Part shown: positions 1-9,939 of the stretch, one piece after another | Position numbering within the stretch: position 1 is the stretch's first letter | Layout of the letters: the number at the start of each line of letters is the position of its first letter | From: a virus | IMG/VR virus record: IMGVR_UViG_3300046542_000335 | Location: 1-64,000 of that record | Direction: 5' to 3' (one strand) | DNA length: 64,000 bases | Notes under the pieces: generated by a model | Told to the model about the DNA's origin: nothing | The model's input: the letters and a program-made list of their open reading frames with translations, nothing else | Database searches by the model: none | Made by a program: the position numbers and the translations under genes

Positions 1-3000
1 CAGGGCGTTGAGTCCATGAACGAAGATGACGAACTGGTGAAGTCCAATACCAGCCTCGACATCAACGTCTTGAGTCAAGTGGCAGAGACACCTAAGGAAG
101 GTGAGGCTATCCGTAATAAAGCGGATGAACTGGCTGCCAAGGGTATCCTGTCCACGGCTGAGCACCGTCGTCTGTTCCGGGTGAGCGATTCCTTCAAGTC
201 GCTGACCAACCCGTACAACAGTAGTCAGTCGCTCGAAGAAGCGATGTCGATGACTGAAGCGGATGTGATCATTGAGCCGGATGTGTTGACTGACGATGCT
301 GTCGTGGTCGACAAGTCTTTGACCCTGAGTCGTGTTGACGCCATGGAGCGTCAGTACATCCAGAAGGTCATGAAGAAAGACATCCTGCGTGTGGTCATGT
401 CGATGCAGCGTGCGCCGGTGGCAATCACCGACTACCGCATCGAGGAAGAAAAGGACGCGATGAACGACCGTGAGATCCACACGGTGCGTTTCGTTCCTGC
501 GGTGGGGAAACCTTCCACAGTGAAGTTCTCGATCCCTCGTCTGCGTGATGATGGTACGTTCCTTTATAATGGCACCAGCTACCGCATGCGTAAGCAGCGC
601 TCTGACTTGCCATTCCGGAAGATCGGCCCAACCCGTGTTGCGCTGACCAGCTACTACGCCAAGGTCTTCGTGGATCGTTCCGCTCGTAAGCGTTTCGATT
701 ACTCGGCCTGGTTGCTGAACATCATCAAGAACAAGTGTCAGAACCCTGCGGACCCTGACATCAGCAATGCTGTCATCTCCAAGTGTGTGGATTACAAGAT
801 CCAGGTTCCAACGGTCTACACGACGATGGCCACTGAGATCTCGTACTTCGACATCGGACAGAACAAGTTCGGTTTCGATTACAAGCACCGCGTGGAGAAG
901 TTCGGGTTCACGGAATCGGATCTGAAGCTCGAGAAGAAAGGCTGGGTACTGGTTGGCCGTAACCGTAAGGGTGCGCTGATCATGGATCCTGATGAAGTCA
1001 TCTACCAGGTGACTGATGGTCAGGTGGGTGAAGACCTCGGCAAGCTTGAGTTCATGCTGGGTATCGAAGTTGATAAAGCTCCGATCACCATGGCTGAGGT
1101 GAAGATCTACTCGAAGTCGATTCCGATCGGTGTGGCATTGGCGTACATGATGGGCCTTGAAGGTCTGCTGTCGCTGCTGAAGTTGAAGCCTCGTCGTGTG
1201 GGTGCTGGTGAGCGTCTGCAATTGCGTCCGAATGAATACGCGGTTCGTTTCAAGAACGAGTCGTTGATCTTCGATCGTAATGACAAGGTTGCTTCGTTGA
1301 TCATGGGTGGCTTCAGTCTGTACCACGCCCACATCCGCGAGTACAACATCGGCCTGTTCGATGAGAAAGACGTTTACGCTGCTGTCCTGGAACGTGCTGG
1401 CATTGGCCGTCGTTACCTGAACGAGCTCGACATGATGAACACTCTGTTCATTGACCCTATTACAGAAGACATCCTGAAATGGATGAATGAGCCGACGACC
1501 TTCACTGGACTCTTGTTCCGTGCTGTGAGTCTGCTGACGGACGAATACGTCCCTTCCCGTCGTAAGGACAAGGACCAGCAGGTCGAATCGCTTGAGCGCG
1601 TGCGTGGTTACGAGCGTGTGGCTGGTAACATCTACGAAACCCTAAGTCGTTCGGTGCGTGCTTACAGCGCACGGGCCGCTACGGGTAACTCGTCGATTGT
1701 GGTGAACCCTAATGAGATCATGAACGAGATCATCAAGGACCCAACCACAGCGCCAGTGAACAACATCAACCCGATTCACCAACTGCGGGAACGTGAAGTA
1801 ATTACGTTTGGCGGTAAAGGTGGTCGGAGTCGTCGTGCCATGACGGCGAAGGCTCGTCTATTTACTGACGAAGACATGGGCTTCATCTCCGAAGGTTCTG
1901 TGGACTCCGGTGATGTGGGTATCATTACCTACCTCTCCCCTAACTCCAACATCACTTCGGTGCGTGGTACTGTTCGTTTGTTCGACAGGAAGCGCGATGG
2001 TGCAGCCAGCATCATGTCCACCGCAGCACTGTTGTCTCCAGCCGCGGATGGTGACGATCCTAAACGGGTCAACTTCATCACGGTACAACACGGTCACGGT
2101 ATCCAGGCAGTGGGTTATGAAACCCAAGGCATCCGTACCGGCATGGAGCGTGCACTGGTCGCTCGTATGGGTCCAGAGTTTGCTTCGACTGCTTCGGAAG
2201 ATGGCAAGGTCATTGAGCGCAGCGATACTCACATCGCTGTCGAGTACAAGGATAGCGTGGTACGTTACCCAATCGGTCTGGTTCACACCACCGCTGAAGG
2301 TTCCTACTACCCGAACCAACTCGTGTCTCAATTCCAGGAAGGGGATAAGGTCAAGAAGTTTGACGTGATCACCTACAACACTGGTTTCTTCAAGCCAAGC
2401 CCGTTCGATAAGAACCGGGTGGATTACATGGTCGGTTGCCTGGGCCGTATTGCATTACGCGAAGCCACGTACACCGTAGAGGACTCCTCGTCTCTGTCGG
2501 TAGCGTTCGCTGAGCGGATGGGTACGGTCGTGTCCAAGCCGAAATCGATCTCCATTAACTACGAGCAAAACATCAGTGGCTTGCTCAAGGTCGGGGATTC
2601 GGTCGATTTAGACACAATTCTATGCACTATTGAAGACGACCTCGTCGGCGATGAATCGCTGTTCGACGATGACACTCGTGAGACGCTACGCCGTTGGACA
2701 GACAAGTCCCCTCGCGCTGCGGTAGTTGGCACGATCGCCAAGATCGAAGTCTTCTATAACGGTGGCTACGAAGACATGTCGGAAAGCTTGCAGATTATTG
2801 TGAGTGAGTCCGAGAAACGTCGGCGTCGTGAATCGAAGCGTCTTGGCCACACCTACACAACCGGTGAGGTCGATCGCAATGTCCGTATCGACGGGTATAA
2901 CCTGGAGGAGCATCAGGCTCTTATCCGGATTTACATCAGCAACCCGGTTGGCATGGGTGTTGGTGACAAACTCGTTGTGGGCAACCAAGGTAAGTCGACG

Positions 3001-3183
3001 GTCGGGGAAATCCTGTTCGGCGATAACCGGACTGTTGAAGGCGAAGTGATTGACATGATCTTCGGATGCAAGTCTTTCATCGACCGGATCATTACCAGTC
3101 CGTTCATCATTGGTACCACCAACACGACCCTGCGTTATATCGGCGAACTGGCCTACGAGATGTATTTCGGGTCAGACGAGTAA
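1..3183 (+). CDS. Virion RNA polymerase beta-like subunit (phiKZ gp178-like), 5'-truncated by window edge
   Basis: Frame open from base 1; RNAP beta motifs (REATYTVEDS, GDKLVVGNQGKSTVG, SEGSVDSGDVG); syntenic with gp177/176/175-like genes. Confidence 0.9.
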   Translation, partial: QGVESMNEDDELVKSNTSLDINVLSQVAETPKEGEAIRNKADELAAKGILSTAEHRRLFRVSDSFKSLTNPYNSSQSLEEAMSMTEADVIIEPDVLTDDAVVVDKSLTLSRVDAMERQYIQKVMKKDILRVVMSMQRAPVAITDYRIEEEKDAMNDREIHTVRFVPAVGKPSTVKFSIPRLRDDGTFLYNGTSYRMRKQRSDLPFRKIGPTRVALTSYYAKVFVDRSARKRFDYSAWLLNIIKNKCQNPADPDISNAVISKCVDYKIQVPTVYTTMATEISYFDIGQNKFGFDYKHRVEKFGFTESDLKLEKKGWVLVGRNRKGALIMDPDEVIYQVTDGQVGEDLGKLEFMLGIEVDKAPITMAEVKIYSKSIPIGVALAYMMGLEGLLSLLKLKPRRVGAGERLQLRPNEYAVRFKNESLIFDRNDKVASLIMGGFSLYHAHIREYNIGLFDEKDVYAAVLERAGIGRRYLNELDMMNTLFIDPITEDILKWMNEPTTFTGLLFRAVSLLTDEYVPSRRKDKDQQVESLERVRGYERVAGNIYETLSRSVRAYSARAATGNSSIVVNPNEIMNEIIKDPTTAPVNNINPIHQLREREVITFGGKGGRSRRAMTAKARLFTDEDMGFISEGSVDSGDVGIITYLSPNSNITSVRGTVRLFDRKRDGAASIMSTAALLSPAADGDDPKRVNFITVQHGHGIQAVGYETQGIRTGMERALVARMGPEFASTASEDGKVIERSDTHIAVEYKDSVVRYPIGLVHTTAEGSYYPNQLVSQFQEGDKVKKFDVITYNTGFFKPSPFDKNRVDYMVGCLGRIALREATYTVEDSSSLSVAFAERMGTVVSKPKSISINYEQNISGLLKVGDSVDLDTILCTIEDDLVGDESLFDDDTRETLRRWTDKSPRAAVVGTIAKIEVFYNGGYEDMSESLQIIVSESEKRRRRESKRLGHTYTTGEVDRNVRIDGYNLEEHQALIRIYISNPVGMGVGDKLVVGNQGKSTVGEILFGDNRTVEGEVIDMIFGCKSFIDRIITSPFIIGTTNTTLRYIGELAYEMYFGSDE

Positions 3184-3190
3184 CGTAACC

Positions 3191-3222
3191 CCTCCAGCTC
3201 CTTGCGGGGCTGGAGGTATGTT
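3191..3222 (+). terminator. Hairpin followed by TATG
   Basis: CCTCCAGCTCC-TTGC-GGGGCTGGAGG then TATGTT, right after the stop codon. Confidence 0.6.
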
Positions 3223-3238
3223 CATTTACGAGGTAAGT

Positions 3239-3430
3239 ATGTCTCCGAACGAAGCAAAGAATTTGCCGGTATTTGCGAACTCCATTCAACTGATCAGCGA
3301 CATCGCGCTGGAAGTTATTGGTAACGACATTGCCGCCGAAGTTGACGGGGTGAAGATCACTCAGTCGTCCGTCAAACTCCTGTCGGCTGCCAGCCTGACC
3401 AAAGCAATCATGGAGAAGGGCAATGCTTGA
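3239..3430 (+). CDS. Small hypothetical protein (63 aa)
   Basis: GAGG SD before ATG 3239; overlaps start of next gene. Confidence 0.65.
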   Translation: MSPNEAKNLPVFANSIQLISDIALEVIGNDIAAEVDGVKITQSSVKLLSAASLTKAIMEKGNA

Positions 3431-4817
3431 CACTCAATCTGCAAAGACGGCGATTGACCTGACCCTGGAAACTTCTGCCAAAGGGATCATGCTCGCTGCC
3501 GTGCCTGATACCCCACTGGGTTTGCTGTGCCGTCAGACTCCACTGGAACTGACCGACCGTACTTCGGACACTCTCTCGGCTGCTGCTGAAGAGATGGTCT
3601 CGATGACCCGCGGTGAAGAACACGCTGGCGTTCTGGGTGGCGTGGTCAGCATGGCTGCCGAATCCGTGCGTCGTACGCTGGACCTGGCTCGCAACACCAC
3701 CATGCCGCACATCCGTCGCGTCGTGGCACTGTTCGAAGAATACGTAGCGGCTGAAGCCCAAGCGCGTTCTCCGTACAACGTTCTGCCGACCTATCTGCCT
3801 GAAGCCTTCTCGACCGACACCGCCGAACGTCTGTTGAGTGGCTACAACCAGATCCTGCCACAGTCGGTTGATGGCAACCCGTTCTTCGGCAAGTTCTCGC
3901 CGGACGAAATCCGTGAGCTGGTGCGTGTCACCAACGACGGCGAGTTCAACGAACTGATCGATGAACTGCTGATGGCAAACAACGGCCAGGTCCTGGGCGA
4001 AGTCACTGCTGCCCTCGAAGGTCTGTTGAACGTCAAGCGTATCTCGCCTGACGCAGCTCTGCCTCTGCTGATCGTTCTCAAGAACATCGAAGTACCGAAA
4101 GAGGGTGTCTCGACCAACCTCGCCAAGTACAACGCTGATCGTGAGATCTTCGCGGCTAACGTCGGCAAGATCGCTGCTACTCAAGTGGGGCGCGTGACTC
4201 AGTCGGCTCTGACCTCCGCCCTGTACCCAGTGACTGGCGATGACGTAGCGACCAACATCCGTGTAAACGGTGAAGTCTACGCCAAGCTGCTGTCCCGCGG
4301 TCTGTCGGCTGAAGCAGTTATCGGTAACGAGCTGCTGGGTCGTAAGTACCGCGGCGAACTGATGGTGTCGGAAGAAGCCCTCAAAGACATGATGGCTGCG
4401 TACAACCGCGACAAGAACATCCGTCAGCAAGCCCACGAAGTGCGCAAGCAACAGGTCATCCGTAAGGGTGTTCTGGAGTCCCTGCGCTCTGACCACGCCT
4501 ACGTCACTGGCGATGGCAATGGCATGCAAGTGGCTGGCGATGATGCCGGTCGTTCCTGGATCCGCCTGCGTGAATTCGTGGACGGCATCTACAGCGGTTA
4601 CGGTCAGAATGCTGAACCGGCTATCATCATCGCGGCGACTGTCTGCGCTGTGTGGTACGGTCACACTGACGTTGGTCGTGTGATCAACGCCATGATGGCT
4701 GTCGAGAAGGCGAACCCTAACCTCGAACCGCGTGAAGTAGCTACCCTGGCTACCCTGCGCTACATCGCCGACTGGGTTGCCAGTCAAATCGTTGTTGTCC
4801 CTAACATCGACGAATAA
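3423..4817 (+). CDS. Virion structural protein (phiKZ gp177-like by synteny)
   Basis: 464-aa ORF, strong codon bias, between vRNAP and protease genes. Confidence 0.65.
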   Translation: MLDTQSAKTAIDLTLETSAKGIMLAAVPDTPLGLLCRQTPLELTDRTSDTLSAAAEEMVSMTRGEEHAGVLGGVVSMAAESVRRTLDLARNTTMPHIRRVVALFEEYVAAEAQARSPYNVLPTYLPEAFSTDTAERLLSGYNQILPQSVDGNPFFGKFSPDEIRELVRVTNDGEFNELIDELLMANNGQVLGEVTAALEGLLNVKRISPDAALPLLIVLKNIEVPKEGVSTNLAKYNADREIFAANVGKIAATQVGRVTQSALTSALYPVTGDDVATNIRVNGEVYAKLLSRGLSAEAVIGNELLGRKYRGELMVSEEALKDMMAAYNRDKNIRQQAHEVRKQQVIRKGVLESLRSDHAYVTGDGNGMQVAGDDAGRSWIRLREFVDGIYSGYGQNAEPAIIIAATVCAVWYGHTDVGRVINAMMAVEKANPNLEPREVATLATLRYIADWVASQIVVVPNIDE

Positions 4818-4829
4818 AGGTAGGTCCTG

Positions 4830-5552
4830 ATGCAGTCTAAGGAATTTACACGTTCCAAGGCTCGCGTTGATAGCGCTCTAAAGAAGGTGGGTACCAAACT
4901 CATTGCTCAGGAGCCGCTTCGGATTCATATCCCGGAACGGTTCTCTGAGCGTGGTTTGGCTGAGATCGAGGATGTCTCGTACATCCTCGGCTTCATGGCC
5001 ATCATCACGGAGGATAACTACTACGCATCGTCGACCCTGACCGCTATGATCCGGACAGAACCGGACCGTATTGGTAAGGTCGTGGTTGATGATGTGGCGT
5101 ATATCGAGCTTTTCTACGAGAAAGGTTCGGCTGTTATCGCGAGTACCGATGTGGTGGTGAACGACAACCTCCCTCACCGCATCTACACCGAAATGTTGGG
5201 TAAAGGTCGTATCCCTTGGTATTACGGGTACGAAGATATCCCCAAAATGTTTGTCGACACCAAGAAGTATAACGGTGTGACAATCGGTGCTGACTTTGCT
5301 GTCTGGGAGTATATCTCAGCGGCGCTCTGCCGGGATCCTGATGATCCGTCGAAGTACTTCCGGCAAAGGCCCAATGCAAAGAAGGATACCGAGACCCTCA
5401 CCCCGCTATACATTCCACTTCGGAACGTGAGTGTCGGCGCTACCAACGTCACAGCCAAATTAGGCGGCTCGTATACAAACGATGGTATCACTGCTGCTCT
5501 GGTGAACCCGTCGGATCGACCTGAGAAAATTGAGACGTTGCTTCGTCAATAA
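4830..5552 (+). CDS. Conserved jumbo-phage protein (phiKZ gp176-like by synteny)
   Basis: 240-aa ORF immediately upstream of the head protease. Confidence 0.6.
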   Translation: MQSKEFTRSKARVDSALKKVGTKLIAQEPLRIHIPERFSERGLAEIEDVSYILGFMAIITEDNYYASSTLTAMIRTEPDRIGKVVVDDVAYIELFYEKGSAVIASTDVVVNDNLPHRIYTEMLGKGRIPWYYGYEDIPKMFVDTKKYNGVTIGADFAVWEYISAALCRDPDDPSKYFRQRPNAKKDTETLTPLYIPLRNVSVGATNVTAKLGGSYTNDGITAALVNPSDRPEKIETLLRQ

Positions 5553-5563
5553 GGACAACAGCA

Positions 5564-6352
5564 ATGGCTGCCATCGCGACAAATCAGGTTACCAGCTACA
5601 GCAACATTGCTTTGGCGGGTAGCGGCAAGAAAGGTATCCTCAAGAAACTGGATAACGACTACTGCGAAATCATCCTGGGCGCCTTCGGTGCCTTTGGTAA
5701 CGGCGGCTGGTTGTACGACACGGCTACGGCCATGCGGTACATCGAGAACAACCCTGACTTCATCAAGATGATGCAGACCGGGCGTTGCCGGAGCGAGTGG
5801 GGTCACCCACGTCGTACTCCAGGGATGACTGATCAGGAGTGGTTCATCCGGATCAACGAGATCATGGAAAGCAACACCAGCTCTCACATCCGTCGCATCA
5901 GTACGTCCATGGACACTGTGATAGATGAAAAGGGTCGTAAGGTCGTTGCGATCATCGGGGAAGTCCGCGCCTCGGGTCCTAAAGCCGACGAGTTCCGTCG
6001 CCAACTGGAAAACCCGTACGAAGACGTGAACTACTCCATTCGTTGCTTTGCAGCGAAGAACTTCGCCAACATGCGAAAACACATCAACCGGATCATCACC
6101 TGGGACAACGTGTTCGAGCCTGGTATCGGTGTGGCGACCAAGTACAACACACCGAGTATGGAATCCAAATCCGACGTCTGCCGGATGCTGGATTACGCCG
6201 AATTCAACATCGATCGTCTACGCCATGGTATGTCCGAGAGCGTAAACGAGGATAGTTTCGAATCGGTGGCCCCGTTTGTCCAGATTCTGGACAGCTTAGC
6301 TTATGTAGAAAACCCCTCCATTATCGCCGTGCCGAAGAGCTTCGGTTGGTAA
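5564..6352 (+). CDS. Prohead (head maturation) protease, phiKZ gp175/T4 gp21-like
   Basis: Motifs SEWGHP (His), YSIRC (Ser), TWDNVFEPG (Asp); C-terminal SME/SFE putative self-cleavage sites. Confidence 0.88.
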   Translation: MAAIATNQVTSYSNIALAGSGKKGILKKLDNDYCEIILGAFGAFGNGGWLYDTATAMRYIENNPDFIKMMQTGRCRSEWGHPRRTPGMTDQEWFIRINEIMESNTSSHIRRISTSMDTVIDEKGRKVVAIIGEVRASGPKADEFRRQLENPYEDVNYSIRCFAAKNFANMRKHINRIITWDNVFEPGIGVATKYNTPSMESKSDVCRMLDYAEFNIDRLRHGMSESVNEDSFESVAPFVQILDSLAYVENPSIIAVPKSFGW

Positions 6353-6381
6353 ACACTTCACAATTGAATGGATGATACCCC

Positions 6382-7743
6382 ATGTCTGATTTGAACTCCC
6401 TCCTGCGCGACTACGCCATCGAGTCCGGCGAACTGGTTGTACCGGAAGTTATCAGCTCCGGCGACGCACTGGCCGAAGTCATGAACGACGAGCTGGAAAT
6501 CGCTCGCGAGCCTGGCCTGGCTGAAAAGCTGGAACACGCTGACAAAGCCGAAGCCATTGCTGAACAACTCGACGTGCTGGCCGACCGTGCTGAAGAACAA
6601 GCCGCGATGGACCAAACCGAAGTCAGCGCCGCTGTTGCCCAGGTTTCCGCCGAATCCATGCACCGCGAATTCGCCACCATCATGGCGTCCAACGGTCTGG
6701 AACTGAAAGCCGCCTCTTTCGAATCCGCCGCTGATCCACAAGCCCAACTGGCTGGCCTGGGTAAAGATGCCCGCGCAACTGCTGCCGTGGTTCGTAACTT
6801 CGCCAACGACGTGCGTGACATCTCCACCGAAGGCGCTGTAATGCAGTTCCTGCGTCAGGACAAAGCCCGTCTGACCAAAGCACACGGTGCTCTGACTGCC
6901 GCTGGTACCGAGCTGGCCGCCAAGAAAGGTGAGCTGAGCAAAGAAGCCGTTGCCCTGACCCATGACGGTCTGAAGCGTTTCCTGACCGTGAACGGCGCTC
7001 AGGTGACCAACGCCAAGCAGGCTGTCGAACACGACATCCAGTGGCTGAAGAAAGCTGAAGCTGCGGTCAACAAAGCTGCTGCCGAAATCGGTGCCGCTCT
7101 GGCTTCCGCTCACGGCGAAGGCGATCACAGCGCCGCTGTCACCAAGCTGAACGCTATCGCCGCTGGCGCTGCTGCTGGCCTGGAAGCCCACCTGCTGGGT
7201 AACCACGAAATCACCGGCGGTAAGCGCAGTGGTGGTGAGAAGGGTTCGGCTAGCGCTGCGGTGGTTTCCTACATCGTCCAATCGTTCAAACAGGCTCCTG
7301 CCTCGTTTGCCCTGGTCATCGGTGGCGCTGCCGTAGGTGCCGCAGTCGGCGCCGTTGCTGGCGGTGGCGCTGGTGCGTTGGTTGGTGCAGCTGCCGGTTA
7401 CGGCGCTGGTGTTGGTGCTGCTGGTAAGAACCTGGTCAACAAAACGGCTGGCGACTACAAGAAGAAGATGGAACACACCGACCAGAAGTCGTGTGCTGGT
7501 GCCAACGACCTTCAGGCCATCGTGAAAGATATCCTGAGCCTGTCCAGCGCTACCAACTTCTCGATGGACGAGAAAGTGGAAAACGCTGGCGAGAAACTGG
7601 AAGGTGCTTCTGCCGATGCGAAAGCTGCTGGCAAGAAAGCTCTGTCCACCGTTTCGAAGCTGGCTGACACCGTGTACGAGCACGCTGTCTACCTGACCGT
7701 GAAATCGGCTCAGCTGGTTAGCGCTGCTGCAAAATCGGCCTAA
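6382..7743 (+). CDS. Protease-processed internal head/ejection protein with Gly/Ala-rich hydrophobic segment
   Basis: Acidic N-terminal propeptide with AIE-S, SAE-S, SFE-S, STE-G sites (S/A-X-E consensus); directly after protease; very strong codon bias. Confidence 0.65.
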   Translation: MSDLNSLLRDYAIESGELVVPEVISSGDALAEVMNDELEIAREPGLAEKLEHADKAEAIAEQLDVLADRAEEQAAMDQTEVSAAVAQVSAESMHREFATIMASNGLELKAASFESAADPQAQLAGLGKDARATAAVVRNFANDVRDISTEGAVMQFLRQDKARLTKAHGALTAAGTELAAKKGELSKEAVALTHDGLKRFLTVNGAQVTNAKQAVEHDIQWLKKAEAAVNKAAAEIGAALASAHGEGDHSAAVTKLNAIAAGAAAGLEAHLLGNHEITGGKRSGGEKGSASAAVVSYIVQSFKQAPASFALVIGGAAVGAAVGAVAGGGAGALVGAAAGYGAGVGAAGKNLVNKTAGDYKKKMEHTDQKSCAGANDLQAIVKDILSLSSATNFSMDEKVENAGEKLEGASADAKAAGKKALSTVSKLADTVYEHAVYLTVKSAQLVSAAAKSA

Positions 7744-7758
7744 GGCCTAGCGTCACAG

Positions 7759-7795
7759 GACATCACCCGGTTTGCGCCGGGTGATGTCTTTATGC
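7759..7795 (+). terminator. Hairpin + TTTATGC
   Basis: GACATCACCCGG/CCGGGTGATGTC 12-bp stem then TTTATGC. Confidence 0.75.
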
Positions 7796-7815
7796 TGTCA
7801 ACGGAATCTTGGTTA

Positions 7816-7823
7816 TACATTAC
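7816..7823 (+). promoter_or_regulatory. Putative early (vRNAP) promoter core TACATTAC
   Basis: Recurrent intergenic motif, similar to phiKZ early consensus TATATTAC. Confidence 0.55.
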
Positions 7824-7860
7824 CGGCATGAGTCACCCCACCCATAGTTGGAGATGCGAA

Positions 7861-8325
7861 ATGTCGCAAGCAAAGAACTTCTATCCAATCGTCAATATCT
7901 TCAAAGCCCTTAGCGTGTTCGCTGAGCTGAAAGATCTCGGGATGCAAGGCAACGGTAAGCTCGAGACCGATCTCACCTTCCAGGCAGTCCCAGGGACCAC
8001 CGTGTACCACTTGAATGCCGATACGCAGAATGGCGTGAGTGGTTATCGCGTTCTGCTGAACGATCGTCCTCTGGAGCAAACTCCTGACACGGCGACTTCG
8101 GCTGAATCGATCATGAACCACATGGTCAATGAATACGAAGAAGCTCACAAAGGTAAGTTGCCTTTCGTGATGATGGTCAAGGATGCGAATGACGAGGTGC
8201 GACTCTTCCTCGACGGGTCTATCAGGATCAAGTCTGAGCGTGGTGAACAACTGGCTGAGATGGTTGATCGTCATCCGGACATGGTAACCCAGGCTCTTGA
8301 GAATATCCTGACCTCGGTCGTCTAA
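7861..8325 (+). CDS. Hypothetical protein, paralog of downstream gene
   Basis: GGAG SD; shares VKDxxxEVRLFxxG motif with 8448..9269. Confidence 0.7.
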   Translation: MSQAKNFYPIVNIFKALSVFAELKDLGMQGNGKLETDLTFQAVPGTTVYHLNADTQNGVSGYRVLLNDRPLEQTPDTATSAESIMNHMVNEYEEAHKGKLPFVMMVKDANDEVRLFLDGSIRIKSERGEQLAEMVDRHPDMVTQALENILTSVV

Positions 8326-8330
8326 ACGTT

Positions 8331-8350
8331 TTATGTAAAATTTTACATAA
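8331..8350. promoter_or_regulatory. Perfect 20-bp palindrome TTATGTAAAATTTTACATAA (GTAA-N4-TTAC family)
   Basis: Read directly from sequence; related motifs in other intergenic gaps. Confidence 0.55.
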
Positions 8351-8447
8351 CGTCGTAATCTCTTGACTTACCCCGCTTCTAGCGTTAGCTCCTGTGCCAC
8401 GAGCGCAGGAGCGTTCACTCTATATTCCTAGTCCGATGGAGGACAAC

Positions 8448-9269
8448 ATGGCACAAGCATTCACTATCAACAACTGGTTCCCTATCCTGGCTCTTCAAGG
8501 CTACGAGACCGCAATAGCGGCTATCCAGCAGAAAGGTGCTGAGATCTCCGAAGAAGGTGGAGTCGTTACCTTCAAGACGCGGGCAGGTGTCTACGTCATC
8601 ACTCCGTTTGCAAACGACGGACATATGGGCGTGAACCTCACCCTCAATGGTGAGGAGGTCATGAACATGCCGATCCCTCGCATCCTCTATGCTGAAGAGC
8701 GCATCGAGAACATCCTCGCCCTGGAAGAGATTTACGGTGAGCGGGCCGACCGTCTACGTGAAGCGCAGCCTGAAGGCTACAGCAACTTCTATCAGCAGTA
8801 CGATCCACTGACCTGGCTGGAAACCGCTGCCAAGATTCGTGAGTTCGGCGATATCGAGGCGGGCGAGACACTCACCATCCAAACCGCTGGCGACGGTAGC
8901 GATGTCGGTGTCTACACCCTCACCAAAGTCGTCACGGACGATAAGGCTGGTATCAACGTCACGCTAGACGGTGCACCCAAGTTCAACTACCCGCAACCGA
9001 TACTGCGTACGGCTGAGCAGATCGTTTCGGCTATCCTGAACCTGCGACGGAAGTTTGCTTTCGGCAATCAGTTCCAACACAACCCTGAAAACGCCAAGCC
9101 GCTGGTGGCTACCGTGAAAGATGGGCAGAATGAAATCCGACTGTTCAGCAACGGTACTATCACCATCACCGGTCCTGGTGTGATGAAGATCGTCACGATG
9201 GCAGATGCTGATGCAAGCAAAGCCAACGAGTTGATGGAACAGATCCTCGATCTGACCCTGAAGCACTAA
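8448..9269 (+). CDS. Hypothetical protein with internal domain duplication
   Basis: GGAGG SD; two copies of GVY...G(V/I)N(L/V)TLxG...AE.I. Confidence 0.75.
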   Translation: MAQAFTINNWFPILALQGYETAIAAIQQKGAEISEEGGVVTFKTRAGVYVITPFANDGHMGVNLTLNGEEVMNMPIPRILYAEERIENILALEEIYGERADRLREAQPEGYSNFYQQYDPLTWLETAAKIREFGDIEAGETLTIQTAGDGSDVGVYTLTKVVTDDKAGINVTLDGAPKFNYPQPILRTAEQIVSAILNLRRKFAFGNQFQHNPENAKPLVATVKDGQNEIRLFSNGTITITGPGVMKIVTMADADASKANELMEQILDLTLKH

Positions 9270-9271
9270 GC

Positions 9272-9320
9272 GACATAAGCACAGCAGGGGTGGTGGCCCC
9301 TGCTGTGTCTTTCTTTTTTG
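9272..9320 (+). terminator. Intrinsic terminator (TTTCTTTTTT class)
   Basis: CACAGCAGGGG/CCCCTGCTGTG stem + TCTTTCTTTTTT; minus strand reads hairpin+TTATGTC. Confidence 0.85.
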
Positions 9321-9470
9321 TGCTGCAAACCTTACCACCGCATCCCTTCCTCAGATCTCGTATACGCTGCGCTATCTATAAAGGTAAGGAAACGCCCGTA
9401 TGAATGGAGAACGTTCCTTATATAGCCAGCTAGAGCCCTTGTACCGTAAACGTGGCTATAAATACGATCC

Positions 9471-9494
9471 AAAGATTTTACAGTCATACATAGT
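9471..9494 (+). promoter_or_regulatory. Putative early promoter variant (ATTTTACAGTCA-TACATAGT)
   Basis: Matches upstream TTTACAG element plus a near-TACATTAY core. Confidence 0.45.
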
Positions 9495-9530
9495 AGACAT
9501 GAACAATCACACTGATCAAGGAATGCCGCT

Positions 9531-9716
9531 ATGAGCGCACTCAAAATTGTTGCTGGTTCTGTAGCTGTCGCTGGCGTGGCAGTCGTTGGTTACAAAGCAA
9601 TTCAGCGTTACCGCATGAAGCGTGCTGAGAAGAAGATGCACGAAGCGATCGATGCCTTTGCCGACGAGCTGGGTAAGATCTTCGACACGCCTGAATTCCG
9701 CAACGCCTGTAAGTAA
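9531..9716 (+). CDS. Small membrane-anchored protein (61 aa)
   Basis: AAGGA SD; N-terminal hydrophobic IVAGSVAVAGVAVVGY followed by basic residues. Confidence 0.75.
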   Translation: MSALKIVAGSVAVAGVAVVGYKAIQRYRMKRAEKKMHEAIDAFADELGKIFDTPEFRNACK

Positions 9717-9746
9717 CACCAACCCTAGTCCGAGGAGGACATTAAC

Positions 9747-9869
9747 ATGAACATCGTAAACATCATCATCAAGGTCGCCGTAGTTTGCATCGCCGCTGAC
9801 ATCATCTACGAGACCAACCAGAAGCACAACTTGACTGGCAAGATCAAAGCCAAGTTCAGCAAGAAGTAA
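9747..9869 (+). CDS. Small hydrophobic protein (40 aa, below ORF-track cutoff)
   Basis: GAGGAGG SD; MNIVNIIIKVAVVCIAADIIYETNQKHNLTGKIKAKFSKK. Confidence 0.7.
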   Translation: MNIVNIIIKVAVVCIAADIIYETNQKHNLTGKIKAKFSKK

Positions 9870-9939
9870 GTTGCACTGGTAAGTCGTAACACCCAAACCT
9901 CATTCGCAAGACCCAATTTAAAATATCTGGAGAATCACC

